DNA of 64,000 nucleotides. Origin: Baaleninema sp. (GTDB taxonomy: Bacteria > Cyanobacteriota > Cyanobacteriia > Cyanobacteriales > Geitlerinemataceae). The stretch is taken from the NCBI RefSeq assembly GCF_049974805.1, contig NZ_JBNGCO010000001.1, positions 23,502 to 87,501 on the forward strand, written 5' to 3'. Position numbers and translations under genes: made by a program. Of this stretch, positions 45,612 through 56,500 are shown piece by piece. Each line of letters opens with the position of its first letter. Position 1 is the first letter of the stretch. Under the pieces are notes generated by a model, which saw only the letters and a program-made list of their open reading frames with translations, did no database searches and was not told where the DNA came from.

Positions 45612-45845
45612 TTAACTGAAGTTTGCCATCTGTTGTAAATCGCTTAATGTTTGTTTGGCTGCCTCTTCGTCAATTTTACTGAGGGCAAACCCCACGTGAA
45701 CCACCACGTAATCCCCCACTTCAACCTCGGGAACATACGCTAAACTCACGGTTTTGACCATTCCTCCAAAGCTGACTTTCCCGCTTTTGGTCAGGGGATC
45801 GTCACCGGAGATTTCGAGGATTTTTCCGGGTACGGCTAAACACAT
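45612..45845 (-). CDS. hypC: Hydrogenase maturation chaperone HypC
   Basis: 77-aa ORF with the signature N-terminus MCLAVPGKI. Confidence 0.9.
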   Translation of the reverse strand: MCLAVPGKILEISGDDPLTKSGKVSFGGMVKTVSLAYVPEVEVGDYVVVHVGFALSKIDEEAAKQTLSDLQQMANFS

Positions 45846-45964
45846 TTTGGTTTTACTTTTGCGTCAGAACGTAAAGATTTGCAACAATTTTAATCAATAT
45901 AAAGCCTTATTTTAAGGCGGCAATATTGTAACTCTATATGTCTAATTATTCTCTAATTTTAACA

Positions 45965-48325
45965 TTATTTTTGGCTACCTTTCAAGGTGGCAGCGAGAAT
46001 TTGGCCGACGGCAATTCCGCCGTCGTTAGGCGGGATTTTCTGATGCCAAACGGGGCGAAAATTCGCCCGTTGTAGCCGTTCGATCGACCCTTCGAGCAAA
46101 ATTTTATTTTGGAAACACCCCCCAGTTAAAACCACGGGAACGTTATTTGACAAACGGTCTTCAAACAAACGGGCGACGGCCACGATCGACTCAGCCAGGG
46201 TATTGTGAAACTTCGCCGCAATTTCCGACACGGCTCGATCGCTGCGCCAATCCAACAACAACGCCCGCAGCATCGGTTCCCAATCCAAAGCCGGACAAGC
46301 ACAGCGACGATCGACAGAAAACGGATAGTGCGCCCGCGTCTGAGTCTCTCGGGCGGCGAACTCCAACGCCATCGCCCCTTGTCCCTCAAAACTGAGTCGC
46401 TGTCGCAAGTCCAACAACGACGCCACCGCATCGAACCCCCGCCCCAAACTGGAAGTGCGCGGCGTATTGACGCGACGGCGCAACATCGACCCCAACAGGG
46501 CGAGTTCCTGGGACGAAAACGCCCGTATCGTCGGAGATTGCGTCAGGGAAAACGCCGCTTCGCCAAACAACTCGTACAGCATTCCCAACGCCGCCCGACG
46601 GGGTTCCTTCACGGCGCGATCGCCCCCCGGAAGGGGAAACGATCGAAACCGGGCCACTCTCTCGAACCCCGTCTCTGTCACCCAAAGAAACTCGCCGCCC
46701 CAAATCGTCCCGTCGAGACCGTACCCCGTCCCGTCCCAGGCTACCCCCAACAGGGGCGGTTTCAAGCCATGTTCCGCCATACAAGCGAGAACGTGGGCGT
46801 AATGGTGTTGAACCTGCACCAGGGGAAGGTTTTGCGCTTGGGCGAACTCCGTCGAGGCGTAGTCGGGATGTAAATCGCAGGCGATCGCTTGCGGTTGAAA
46901 ATCGTAAATACAACACAGGCGATCGATGGTGTATTCAAAGGTTCGTCGAGTTTCGGGAGAATCCAAATCCCCCACGTGCTGGCTGGGAAAGATTTTGTCG
47001 TCGAAGGCGATCGCAACGCTGTTTTTCAAATGTCCCCCCACGGCGAGGGTGGGTTGGGGCGAACGGCGTTCGCCCCGGATGGGGAGGGGGGCGTAGCCTC
47101 GGGCCCGTCGTAGAATCACGGGCGTTCCCGCCATGACGCGGACGATGGAATCGTCTACGGGGCGGGCGATGGGGCGGTTGTGAACCAGGAAGACATCGGC
47201 GATGTCCCCCAACCGTTCTAAGGCGTCTTGGTTGTCGATACAAATGGGTTCGTTGGAGAGGTTCCCGCTGGTGGCGACCACGGGAAAGCCTAAATCCGAC
47301 AGTAATAAATAATGTAGGGGTGTGTAGGGAAGCATCGCCCCCAGGTTGGGATTCTCGGGAGATACGGCGGAGGCCAGGGGTTGTTCGGGAGAGGGAAACC
47401 GGGTTTGTAAAATGACGATGGGGGATTGGGGCGATCGCAGCAGTTGCGCTTCGACCTGGCTGACGTGACAGTGGCGATACAGGGCTTCTAGGGTGGGATA
47501 CATCACCGCGAAGGGTTTGTCCGGGCGATGTTTGCGATCGCGCAATTCTCGAACCGCCGTTTCGTTGCGGGCGTCTACCAGCAGTTGAAAGCCTCCCAAG
47601 CCTTTGAGGGCGACGATTTTACCGTTCCGCAGGGCGGTTTCGGCTTGTTGTAAGGCTTCCTCGTGGGTGGCGAGAACTTCTCCATCTCGCCGCCAGAGTT
47701 CGAGATGAGGTCCGCATTGGGGACAAGCGTTCGGTTGGGCGTGAAATCGGCGATCGCCTGGGTTTTCGTATTCGTCCTGACAGTGGGAACAGAGGGGAAA
47801 ATCCCGCATCGTCGTCAGGGGTCGATCGTAAGGAAGGGTTTCGACGATACTGTATCGCGGTCCGCAGTTGGTGCAATTAATAAAGGGATAGCGATAGCGG
47901 CGGTTGTTTCGATCGAACAATTCCGCCACGCAGTCGGAACAGGTGGCTAAATCGGGGAGAACCAGGGCGGTTTTCTGCTGGGGACGTTCTTCGGAAGTGC
48001 GGATTTCAAAGGCTGTATAGCCAATCGGTTCGTCCCAGCGGAGGGTGAGGCGATCGATCTGGGCGTGGGGCGGTTTGTCGCGACGAACGCGGTGGCGAAA
48101 TTCCAGTAATTTCCCCGTCTCTCCTTCCACCTCCACGAACACCCCTTCAGCGGTATTGTTCGCCCATCCCGTCAACCCCAATTCCACCGCCAAGCGATAC
48201 AGAAACGGGCGAAATCCCACCCCTTGAACCAATCCCTGGATTTGCAAGTGCAACCGTTTCCGTCCGCGAGATGCTGTCTCGACGGATTGGGACTTCGGTG
48301 TTAGGGGTTGGGGGGATACAGCCAT
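45965..48325 (-). CDS. hypF: Carbamoyltransferase HypF
   Basis: 786-aa ORF. Acylphosphatase-like N-terminus (VQGVGFRPF), four CxxC zinc-finger motifs (CSDC, CTNCGPRY, CSHC, CPQCGP), YrdC-like and Kae1-like C-terminal domains. Confidence 0.95.
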   Translation of the reverse strand: MAVSPQPLTPKSQSVETASRGRKRLHLQIQGLVQGVGFRPFLYRLAVELGLTGWANNTAEGVFVEVEGETGKLLEFRHRVRRDKPPHAQIDRLTLRWDEPIGYTAFEIRTSEERPQQKTALVLPDLATCSDCVAELFDRNNRRYRYPFINCTNCGPRYSIVETLPYDRPLTTMRDFPLCSHCQDEYENPGDRRFHAQPNACPQCGPHLELWRRDGEVLATHEEALQQAETALRNGKIVALKGLGGFQLLVDARNETAVRELRDRKHRPDKPFAVMYPTLEALYRHCHVSQVEAQLLRSPQSPIVILQTRFPSPEQPLASAVSPENPNLGAMLPYTPLHYLLLSDLGFPVVATSGNLSNEPICIDNQDALERLGDIADVFLVHNRPIARPVDDSIVRVMAGTPVILRRARGYAPLPIRGERRSPQPTLAVGGHLKNSVAIAFDDKIFPSQHVGDLDSPETRRTFEYTIDRLCCIYDFQPQAIACDLHPDYASTEFAQAQNLPLVQVQHHYAHVLACMAEHGLKPPLLGVAWDGTGYGLDGTIWGGEFLWVTETGFERVARFRSFPLPGGDRAVKEPRRAALGMLYELFGEAAFSLTQSPTIRAFSSQELALLGSMLRRRVNTPRTSSLGRGFDAVASLLDLRQRLSFEGQGAMALEFAARETQTRAHYPFSVDRRCACPALDWEPMLRALLLDWRSDRAVSEIAAKFHNTLAESIVAVARLFEDRLSNNVPVVLTGGCFQNKILLEGSIERLQRANFRPVWHQKIPPNDGGIAVGQILAATLKGSQK

Positions 48326-48351
48326 GAGTTTCGCAAGAGGGGGAGATGGAT

Positions 48352-48750
48352 TTAGGTTGGGGATTCTGAGGGGGTTAAGAGGACGACAATAAAGGGAGAA
48401 ATTGCTTCAGACAGCAATACCAATATCCAGAGATGTCCTTCCCAGAATCGATAATTTTCCAGTAGAGTCGCCCAGGAGTCTCCGGCGATGTAATGTCCGA
48501 AGACGAACTCGAAGAGGATGGTGAGTCCAACCCAGGTGGTGGCGGCGATAACGGCGGCTTTACGGGGGCGATCGCGATTTTGACGCATATATATCCACGC
48601 CATTGCGAAAATCCCCGTCACGATAACCACGACTTTGTACGGTTCTACCCAGGCTTCCCCGAATTGGGATAACACCCAGGTACTCCCGATGTAGCCGTTC
48701 GTCACCGCTAGAACGGCTAACGCACACCACAGTAAAAATGCAAGTCTCAT
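48352..48750 (-). CDS. Hypothetical 4-TM membrane protein embedded in the hyp operon
   Basis: The ORF opens at 48906 but that part overlaps hypB. The hydrophobic protein begins at the ATG at 48750 (MRLAFLLWCALAVLAV...), giving 132 aa. No family recognised. Confidence 0.6.
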   Translation of the reverse strand: MRLAFLLWCALAVLAVTNGYIGSTWVLSQFGEAWVEPYKVVVIVTGIFAMAWIYMRQNRDRPRKAAVIAATTWVGLTILFEFVFGHYIAGDSWATLLENYRFWEGHLWILVLLSEAISPFIVVLLTPSESPT

Positions 48751-48848
48751 AGTTGAGATGAGGTGTTGATGAGATGATGAGGTCGTTCTGACTTCGACCC
48801 GGTTTTCTGGCCGCGTCACACCCCCTACGACATCGCTAATTCTGGGCG

Positions 48849-49712
48849 CTACAACATCGCTAATTCTGGGGTTTGACTGACTTGGCGATCGAGGTAGTCG
48901 TACCACGCTTCTAAGCCTTCTCCTGTTCTCGCGGAAACTTCCAGGATTTGGGCTTGGGGGGCGACGCGACGGATGTTGTCGAGGGCGGTGTCGCGATCGA
49001 ATCCCACCACTTCGGCGATGTCGATTTTGTTCAATACCACCACATCGGCGGATTTGAACATTGTGGGATATTTCAGGGGTTTGTCTTCTCCTTCTGTCGT
49101 GGAAAGGAGGACGATGCGGCCGGTTTCCCCTAAGTCGTAAGCCGCCGGACAGACTAGGTTTCCGACGTTTTCGATAAAGAGCAGTTTCGCGCCCTCCAGG
49201 TTCAATTTGGCGACGGCGTTCGCCACCATGTTCGCTTCGAGGTGACAGACGTTTTCGGTGACGATTTGCACCACTTGCGCCCCGCTTTGTCGCAGTCGCT
49301 GGGCGTCGTTGTCGGTTTCGAGATCCCCGACGATTACGGCGGTCGGAATTCGCGATCGCAGTTCGGTTAAAGTCCGTTCGAGGAGGGCGGTTTTACCGGA
49401 ACCGGGAGAGGAAAGCAGGTTCAAAACGGCGAGGTTTTTCGCGGCGAAAAAGCCGCGATTCCGTTCGGCGAGGCGATCGTTTTTCGACAAAATCGCTTCG
49501 TGAATTTCTAGGGTATGGGTTCGATCGCCTTCGCTGTGATGGTGGTGATGTCCGTCGTGGTGATGGTGTTCGTCGTGATGATGATGATGTCCGTTGTGAT
49601 GGTGCTGATGGTGGTGTTCGTGGGCGCCTTCGTGGGCGTGAGACGGCGAACCTTCGGCGTCGAATATTTTTACGTTTCCTGGGGTCGTTGCACAGCCGCA
49701 ATTTTCACACAT
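48849..49712 (-). CDS. hypB: Hydrogenase nickel-incorporation GTPase HypB
   Basis: 287-aa ORF. His-rich N-terminal tract ([29 protein letters not shown]) and P-loop SSPGSGKT. Confidence 0.95.
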   Translation of the reverse strand: MCENCGCATTPGNVKIFDAEGSPSHAHEGAHEHHHQHHHNGHHHHHDEHHHHDGHHHHHSEGDRTHTLEIHEAILSKNDRLAERNRGFFAAKNLAVLNLLSSPGSGKTALLERTLTELRSRIPTAVIVGDLETDNDAQRLRQSGAQVVQIVTENVCHLEANMVANAVAKLNLEGAKLLFIENVGNLVCPAAYDLGETGRIVLLSTTEGEDKPLKYPTMFKSADVVVLNKIDIAEVVGFDRDTALDNIRRVAPQAQILEVSARTGEGLEAWYDYLDRQVSQTPELAML

Positions 49713-49719
49713 ACGCGAT

Positions 49720-50061
49720 TTATGAAACCTCCATCGACGACAGTTCTAGTTCTTTTCCGCTGATGACTTTCGAGACAATTTGATGACAGTTTGGACATTC
49801 AAAAATTATGTCTTCCGGTTGAAACTCCGTCTGACATTGGGGACAATGACATCGGGCGGGGATTTTTTCGATTTCAAAGCGGGCGTTTTGCGCCATCGTC
49901 CCCTCGGACACCACGTCAAAGGCAAAATTTAACGCTTCGGGAACGACGCCGGATAACACGCCAACGCGCATTTTCAATCGATGAATTGTGGTCGCACCGC
50001 TAGATTTAGCGCGATCGATCGCGATTTCTAGGGTACGCTCCATAAGGCCGACTTCGTGCAT
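49720..50061 (-). CDS. hypA: Hydrogenase nickel-insertion protein HypA
   Basis: 113-aa ORF. N-terminal MHE motif and zinc site CPQC...CPNC. Confidence 0.9.
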   Translation of the reverse strand: MHEVGLMERTLEIAIDRAKSSGATTIHRLKMRVGVLSGVVPEALNFAFDVVSEGTMAQNARFEIEKIPARCHCPQCQTEFQPEDIIFECPNCHQIVSKVISGKELELSSMEVS

Positions 50062-50411
50062 GGGATGTTTCGATCGAACAAACTAGCAGGAATGTTAACG
50101 AAACCCGATCGCACGGGAAGCCGTCGCTCTCTCTTAACTTGCCAGGTCGAGCGGACGAATCCGAGGTTTAACGGCAGATTAAATCTGAGTTAACACAAGG
50201 CCGTCCTCTTCAGTCCTACTATAAAAAACTTCGGCAAGGGTCGTAAGAATTTTTATAAAAACTATATGTTTCGCACGAAATTTCTTCGCTAATATAAGAA
50301 TGGAGGAGCAGACACTCATTGTTTTATCGCTAAAAATCGCGATATCCTTTTGTTCTGGCGTTCTCACTTCAAGTCTTTCTGACTCGCCCCGTTACAGTTT
50401 GCAACATTGTT

Positions 50412-51536
50412 ATGAAATTTGTCAGCGAGTACCGCGATCCGACGTTAGCCCAACACTACGCCGACGCCATCGCCGATTTGGTGACGCAACCCTGGACGAT
50501 TATGGAAATCTGCGGGGGACAAACCCACTCGATCGTCAAATACGGGATCGATCGCCTGTTACCGGAAACTGTTACCCTGGTTCACGGCCCCGGTTGTCCG
50601 GTATGCGTGACGCCCATCGAACTCATCGATCGCGCCATCGACATCGCCCGTCGCCCCGACGCCATTCTCTGTTCCTTTGGGGATATGTTGCGAGTTCCGG
50701 GTTCGGACACCGATCTCCTCAGCCTTAAAGCCCTGGGGGGACAAGTACAAATCGTCTATTCCCCCCTCGACATCCTCAACATCGCCCGCAAAAACCCCGA
50801 CAAAGAAGTAGTCTTTTTCGCCGTGGGCTTTGAAACCACCGCCCCCGCGACGGCGATGGCGGTATATCAAGCCGCCCAGCAGAACCTCACCAACGTCTCG
50901 TTACTGGTGTCTCACGTCTTGGTTCCCCCCGCGATGGAGACGATTCTCTCTTCCCCCAACTGTCGGGTTCAAGGGTTTTTAGCAGCGGGTCACGTTTGTA
51001 CGGTGATGGGCTATACCGAATACGAACCCATCGTCAAAAAGTACGAGATTCCCATCGTGGTCACGGGATTCGAGCCTGTAGACATTTTGCAGGGCATTTA
51101 TATGTGTTTGCAACAACTCGAACGCGGCCAGGCGAAATTGGAAAACCAATACACGCGATCGGTGTCTCGGGAAGGAAATCAACCCGCACAAAACTTGATT
51201 TCTCGGGTGTTTGAAGTGGTTCCCCGTCGCTGGCGAGGCTTGGGGGAAATTGCGCGAAGTGGTTTGGGTTTGAAAGCGGAATTCGCCGCCTTCGACGCCG
51301 ATCGCAAATTCGGTTTCGATACCCAGTCGGAAACGATCGAAACTGAAACCGACTGTATTAGCGGCGAGATTTTACAAGGGTTGAAAAAACCTCACAACTG
51401 TCCGGCGTTCGGAACTCACTGCACCCCAGAACGTCCCCTCGGTGCGCCGATGGTATCCTCAGAAGGGGCTTGCGCGGCCTATTACCGCTGGCGTGGAGAA
51501 GTGGAAAAACCTGAAGTCGTTTCGTCTGGTTCTTAG
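50412..51536 (+). CDS. hypD: Hydrogenase maturation protein HypD
   Basis: 374-aa [13 protein letters not shown]-terminus and the conserved CGG, GPGCPVC and GFETT motifs. Confidence 0.95.
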   Translation: MKFVSEYRDPTLAQHYADAIADLVTQPWTIMEICGGQTHSIVKYGIDRLLPETVTLVHGPGCPVCVTPIELIDRAIDIARRPDAILCSFGDMLRVPGSDTDLLSLKALGGQVQIVYSPLDILNIARKNPDKEVVFFAVGFETTAPATAMAVYQAAQQNLTNVSLLVSHVLVPPAMETILSSPNCRVQGFLAAGHVCTVMGYTEYEPIVKKYEIPIVVTGFEPVDILQGIYMCLQQLERGQAKLENQYTRSVSREGNQPAQNLISRVFEVVPRRWRGLGEIARSGLGLKAEFAAFDADRKFGFDTQSETIETETDCISGEILQGLKKPHNCPAFGTHCTPERPLGAPMVSSEGACAAYYRWRGEVEKPEVVSSGS

Positions 51537-51655
51537 ACTTTATTTGCTTTGAATAGTTAGCTTCGGGTAGTTGTTAGCTTCGAGTAGGTTGAGAGGAACG
51601 GAGTGCCAATTTTTAGAAGCCCGGCATTTCTAATATCTGACTTGATAAAATACGA

Positions 51656-52525
51656 CTATAAATTTAACTTTAATTGAACGGCTGTTTCGTCTTTTTTTTG
51701 CGTCTCAAAACTCTCAAAAGCGGAATAATTGGTAATAAATAACTCTGCCCCTTTCTCTGCTTTTCCCTGTTTGTAATTGTTCATGCCATACTGAAGCTGC
51801 CATTCATAAAGATTGGCAAATTCAAAGTCTTGGCGAACCTCTTCGCAATCGTCGTAGGTAATTAACCAATTGTGAGAACAGGCTTTTAAATCCTTTGCAA
51901 AACGTTGGTGGTCGAAATTGGCGTGTAACGCGCCTCGTTTTCCATAGAGTTTAGATTTTGTGGCGGTAAAATAGGGCGGATCGAGGAAAATCAAGACATT
52001 TCGACCGGGTTTTTTGAGTAATTCGCTGTAATCTAAGTTGGTGATTTTGACGTTTTTTAAGACGCTTTTTAGCTGCGACAAACGGGCGATTGAAGAGTCT
52101 GTAAAACGTTCCTCAAATGACTTTTGAGAATAGCCTCCCGCTTCGATGGTTCCGGAAAAGGTGATGCGATTTAAGACGAAAAAGCGAACGGCTCGATCGA
52201 CCTCCGATAATTCCTCAACATCTACGTTCGCCAGTTCCTCGAATAATTCCCGTCCGTCTTGACGATTGGCTTTGATATCTCGCACTTTTTCCACCAATTC
52301 GGGAAGTTGTGACTGTGCAGCTTTCCAAAAACAGTATACTTCTGGATTGAGGTCGTTAATCCAAACGGGAATTTGAGGATACAAGCGTTTGAATTCAATA
52401 AATACGGAACCGCCTCCGACAAACGGCTCGCGAAATTCCTCGATTTGAGGGGGAAATTTGGCAAAAATGCGGCGGAGTGCGCGGGATTTTCCGCCGGGAT
52501 AGCGTAGGGGACTGCGAAGGTTCAT
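51656..52525 (-). CDS. Dam-type N6-adenine DNA methyltransferase (D12 class), solitary
   Basis: RYPGGKS N-terminal motif, FVGGGS SAM motif, catalytic DPPY (IFLDPPYF). The ORF can extend to a GTG at 52540. The gene is visibly more AT-rich than its neighbours, and no endonuclease gene is adjacent. Confidence 0.88.
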   Translation of the reverse strand: MNLRSPLRYPGGKSRALRRIFAKFPPQIEEFREPFVGGGSVFIEFKRLYPQIPVWINDLNPEVYCFWKAAQSQLPELVEKVRDIKANRQDGRELFEELANVDVEELSEVDRAVRFFVLNRITFSGTIEAGGYSQKSFEERFTDSSIARLSQLKSVLKNVKITNLDYSELLKKPGRNVLIFLDPPYFTATKSKLYGKRGALHANFDHQRFAKDLKACSHNWLITYDDCEEVRQDFEFANLYEWQLQYGMNNYKQGKAEKGAELFITNYSAFESFETQKKDETAVQLKLNL

Positions 52526-52751
52526 GGGGGAGTTCACCACAGAGACACAGAGGACATAGAGAAAATAACAAGACTCATTTTGTCAAGGGTTTGTTAGGTT
52601 TTTTAAAATAAAAGCAATGGAATCTCTAGAGAGGTCTGAAAAACGGGTTTTATTGTAACGAATTTGCCAGAGAGATCTGACGGAGACCGCGACCTGATAT
52701 AGTAGTCGAATAGAAAACTTTCAAGTCGTTCGTTAGAATTCGGGGTTATCC

Positions 52752-53528
52752 GTGGCGATCGTAGCAATTGCCAGTCCGAAAGGTGGCGTCGGAAAAACCA
52801 CGTCCGCTATTGCACTCGCGGGGTTGCTGGCCGAAAAGCAATCCTGTTTGGCTGTCGATCTCGACCCGCAGGGAAACCTGACGATGGGGTTGGGAGTGGA
52901 ACTCGCACCGGACCAAATCGGGAGTTACGACGTGATGACGCAGCAACTCGATGCGGAAGAACCCATCGTGGATACCGACTGCGGCGTCGATCTCATCCCC
53001 ACAGACAGCACTCTCGCGGAAGCGGAAAAGGAAATTTCCGACGACCCCGATCGCTTCTTCGTCCTCAAACGACAACTCGACCCCCTCAAAGCCAAGTATC
53101 GAACCATCCTCATCGACTGTCCTCCCAACATGGGACTGTTGACCCTCAACGCCTTAGCCGCCGCCGATGCGGTGTTGGTTCCGGTACAGTGTCAGTTCTT
53201 CTCGCTTCGGGGACTCGATCGACTCCTCGAGGAAATTTCGCAAATTCGCAGCCAGTACAACCTACGGCTTCGCCTGCTGGGGGTTCTCCCCACGATGGCG
53301 GAAAATACCATCATCACGCGCAAAGTGCTGCGGGAACTCAAAGACCGTCACAAGCAGGTTAGCGTGTTTTACCCAGTCCCCAAATCCGTCAAGTTCGCCG
53401 AAGCCAGCTTCGTCGGGAAACCCATCCACCGCTACACGAAAAACCAAAAACTGGTGAAGCCTTACGAACGGGTGATGCGATCGATCGTCCCGCGATCGAA
53501 AAACGCTCCCAAAGAATATCTATTATAG
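52752..53528 (+). CDS. ParA/MinD-family ATPase (orphan, no parB)
   Basis: 258-aa ORF, GTG start. Deviant Walker A SPKGGVGKTT and Walker B ILIDCPP. Confidence 0.9.
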   Translation: MAIVAIASPKGGVGKTTSAIALAGLLAEKQSCLAVDLDPQGNLTMGLGVELAPDQIGSYDVMTQQLDAEEPIVDTDCGVDLIPTDSTLAEAEKEISDDPDRFFVLKRQLDPLKAKYRTILIDCPPNMGLLTLNALAAADAVLVPVQCQFFSLRGLDRLLEEISQIRSQYNLRLRLLGVLPTMAENTIITRKVLRELKDRHKQVSVFYPVPKSVKFAEASFVGKPIHRYTKNQKLVKPYERVMRSIVPRSKNAPKEYLL

Positions 53529-53545
53529 AGGCATCTCCCGAAGCC

Positions 53546-56500
53546 CTATTCTAGAAAATCGTCCGAGACCTCCTCTTCAGGGTCGCAGTCCTGGCTAAAG
53601 TGGAATCGATCGAGAATTCCATCGCAGAGATGACGATCGCTGTGACTGAGTTCCGGCGAGTATTTCAAATAGTTTTCAATGCGGCGACAGCCCACCTCCA
53701 GAACCCGATCGAACGAGATCGCCTCCTCCAAATTCCACAAAATCGCCGTTCGATCGTCCGATCCCGAGGCTAAAAATTTCCCGTCCGGCGAAAACGCCAA
53801 GGCCAACACCGTACTCTTGTGTTCGAGGAACGTCGCCACAGGCGTCCCGTCCCAGCGCCAGAGTTTCACCACTCCGTCGTCGCCTCCCGTGGCCAACAAC
53901 GCCCCGTCAAAACGGGTGGCGATCGACCAAATTCCCTTCTCATGGGCCTCTTCGATGGCGCGAATGAGTTTTCCTTCCCGGTTCCAAATCAGTATTCGGC
54001 CGTCGTCCGACACCGACGCGAGTCGGTCTCCCTCGGGATGCCACACCACATCGAAGACGATGGAACGATGACCCATCAACACCCGTTGAAACCTGCCGTC
54101 TCGCGACCAAATCCGCACCGTGGAATCGCCACTTCCGGCGGCGAGAAGTTCCCCGTCCGGCGACCAAGACACCCCCCAAACCCCCGCTTTATGTCCTTTC
54201 AAGATAGTGATCGCTTCGCCTTCTTGCGTCCACAAGCGAACCGTCTTATCGCTACTGGTCGAGGCGAGAATTCGACCGTCCGGGGAAAATTCCACATCCC
54301 GCACGTCCGCTTGATGGGCTGACCAAGATCGAATTTCCCGTCCCTCCGGAGTCGCCAAGACGATGGCGTTTCCACTTTGGGCGGCGGCGATTACCTGGCC
54401 GTCGGGACTGATATCGAGGCGGCCGTAAAGGGGAAAATTCCTAGCGAACTGACCGATCGAAGTGCCGTCGATCGATCGTAAAGCGAGAGTCCCCGCATCG
54501 AGAACGGCGAAAGCTTGACTTTTCGGGCAGAACTCAACTCCCGTGACGCTGCTTCCCTGTTCCCTCAACGGAAGCATCAGTGGGTTGTACAGTCGAAACA
54601 TGCGACTGACGTCGTTCCAAGCGGCGGTGGCAAATTCCTCGCCGTCGGGACTGAACACGATATCCATAATTTTGCCGCCGTATCCTGCGATGCGATTGAG
54701 TAGAATTCCCTCTTCCACAGACCAAAACTTGACGACTTTGGTATCAGACCCCGACAACAGCATTTGACTGTCGGGACTGAACGTCACCGCCCAAATTCCG
54801 GCATTGTCGGCGATTATGGTTTGTCTGAGGGTTCCATCTCCGTTCCACAGACGTACTGTTCCGTCCCCGAACCCCGCCGCCATCTTCTGTCCGTCAGGAC
54901 TGAACGCTACAGACAGGGCGGGAACCTCGGCTTGGAAAAGCACTCGGTCTAAGATGCCGTCTAACCGCCACAGAGCCACCGTTCCGTCTTCGTTGGCGGT
55001 GAGGACGGCGGTGCCGTCGGGACTGAAGACGGCTTTGCGCACGGTTCCCCCCTGTTGGAGGGTGGCCAGCAGGGTTCCGTCCTGTCGCCAGATGCGGGCG
55101 GTTCGATCGAGACTGGCCGACAGGAGTAAGGTTCCGTCGGGACTAAATTCGACGCTGTAAATGGGGGCTTGGTGTCCGGTGAAGGTACGAATTAGGGTGC
55201 CGTCCCGCCGCCAGAGTTTGAGGGTGGCGTCACCGCTGGCGGTGGCGATGGTTTGGCTGTCCGGACTGACGCTGACCCCGAGAACGGGGCCTTGATGTGA
55301 GGTCAACTGGTGCAGCGGTTTTCCGTCCCGTCCTTGAACTTGCAGGCCCCTATCGCTGACAAACACCATATATTCGCCGTCGGGACTGTAATCGATGCCG
55401 TTGAAGCCGATTCCTGCGGCTAAATGGTTGGTTTCCAGGGAACCGTAGACCGCCTGACGGATGGTGTGTTCGACCATTGCTTGGGTTTTGGCATCGGCGG
55501 TTCGATCGAGCTGTTGCAAGTGCTGGCGGGCCCGCAGGGCGTTAATTTGAGCCTCGAGTTGTCGGTCTAAGGTAAACAGGGCGTTGGAATATCGCGCCAG
55601 TTGGCGAATTGCGCCGATGCGTTCGTTGTACTGACTTTCGGAAACTTGGCGGTAGGCGGACAATAATGCCAGACTCAGCAGGGTGACGATGGTTAAGGCG
55701 GAGGTGAGAAGTACGATAAAGATCTGTTGGCGTCGCGCTGTCTCTTGTTTGAGTTCGCATTGTTGGCGTTCGGCCATGAGTTTGTCTTCGATCGCCCGCG
55801 TCCGTTCGGCTTCTAAGGCTTGTTGGGTTTCCCGGCGATCGACCCCATCGCTGGCGGCGAGAAATTGATAGTCGAGGCTGCTGAGGTTTTTTCCGCTGAC
55901 CCAGGTTTTGGCGTCGGCGAGGGCTTGTCCCCGCAACAGGCGCGATTCGTCTTGAAACTGAGATTTTTCCCAGGCGGTGAGGGCTTCGGCGTAGGGACGC
56001 AACCGTTTGAGTTGTTTTTCGACCCAGAATCGATCGAACACTTGGCGATAGATGGGGTTTTTTATCTGTAGTTGTCCCTCTTCTTTAATCACTAATCCCG
56101 ACAGCAGCAGTTCCAGTTGTTCGCGGCTGTCGTCGCTGGGAATCTCTACCCCATTGAGGAGGCTTTGGTACAGTCCCAGCAAGCGGCCGGCGCGGTTTTC
56201 GTCGTACAGCAGGCGATCGCGCAGGGTTCGCAGGTGGGGCGGTTCGTCTTGGCTGTCCCAACGTTCGATAACTCGCGATCGCACTAAGTCGTTTACCCAA
56301 TCGATTTCTTTGTCCGGACAAATGGAAATCTGTTCGACTTCCCGAACTGCCAGTTGACAGAGTTTTTGGGTTAAAAACGGCTGTCCGTTCGTCCAGGCGA
56401 GGATTTGTCGAAACACCGCCTCGGGAGATTCAAACCATCCGTTCAATCCTTTGAGTAACGGTTGTCCGCTGTCGAAATTCAACGGTTTTAGGTCGATGGC

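Noticed and set aside
48751-48906. N-terminal extension of the membrane protein overlapping the hypB 3' end
   Set aside because: The extension is hydrophilic, overlaps hypB and covers the duplicated hypB tail. The hydrophobic protein starts cleanly at the ATG at 48750.
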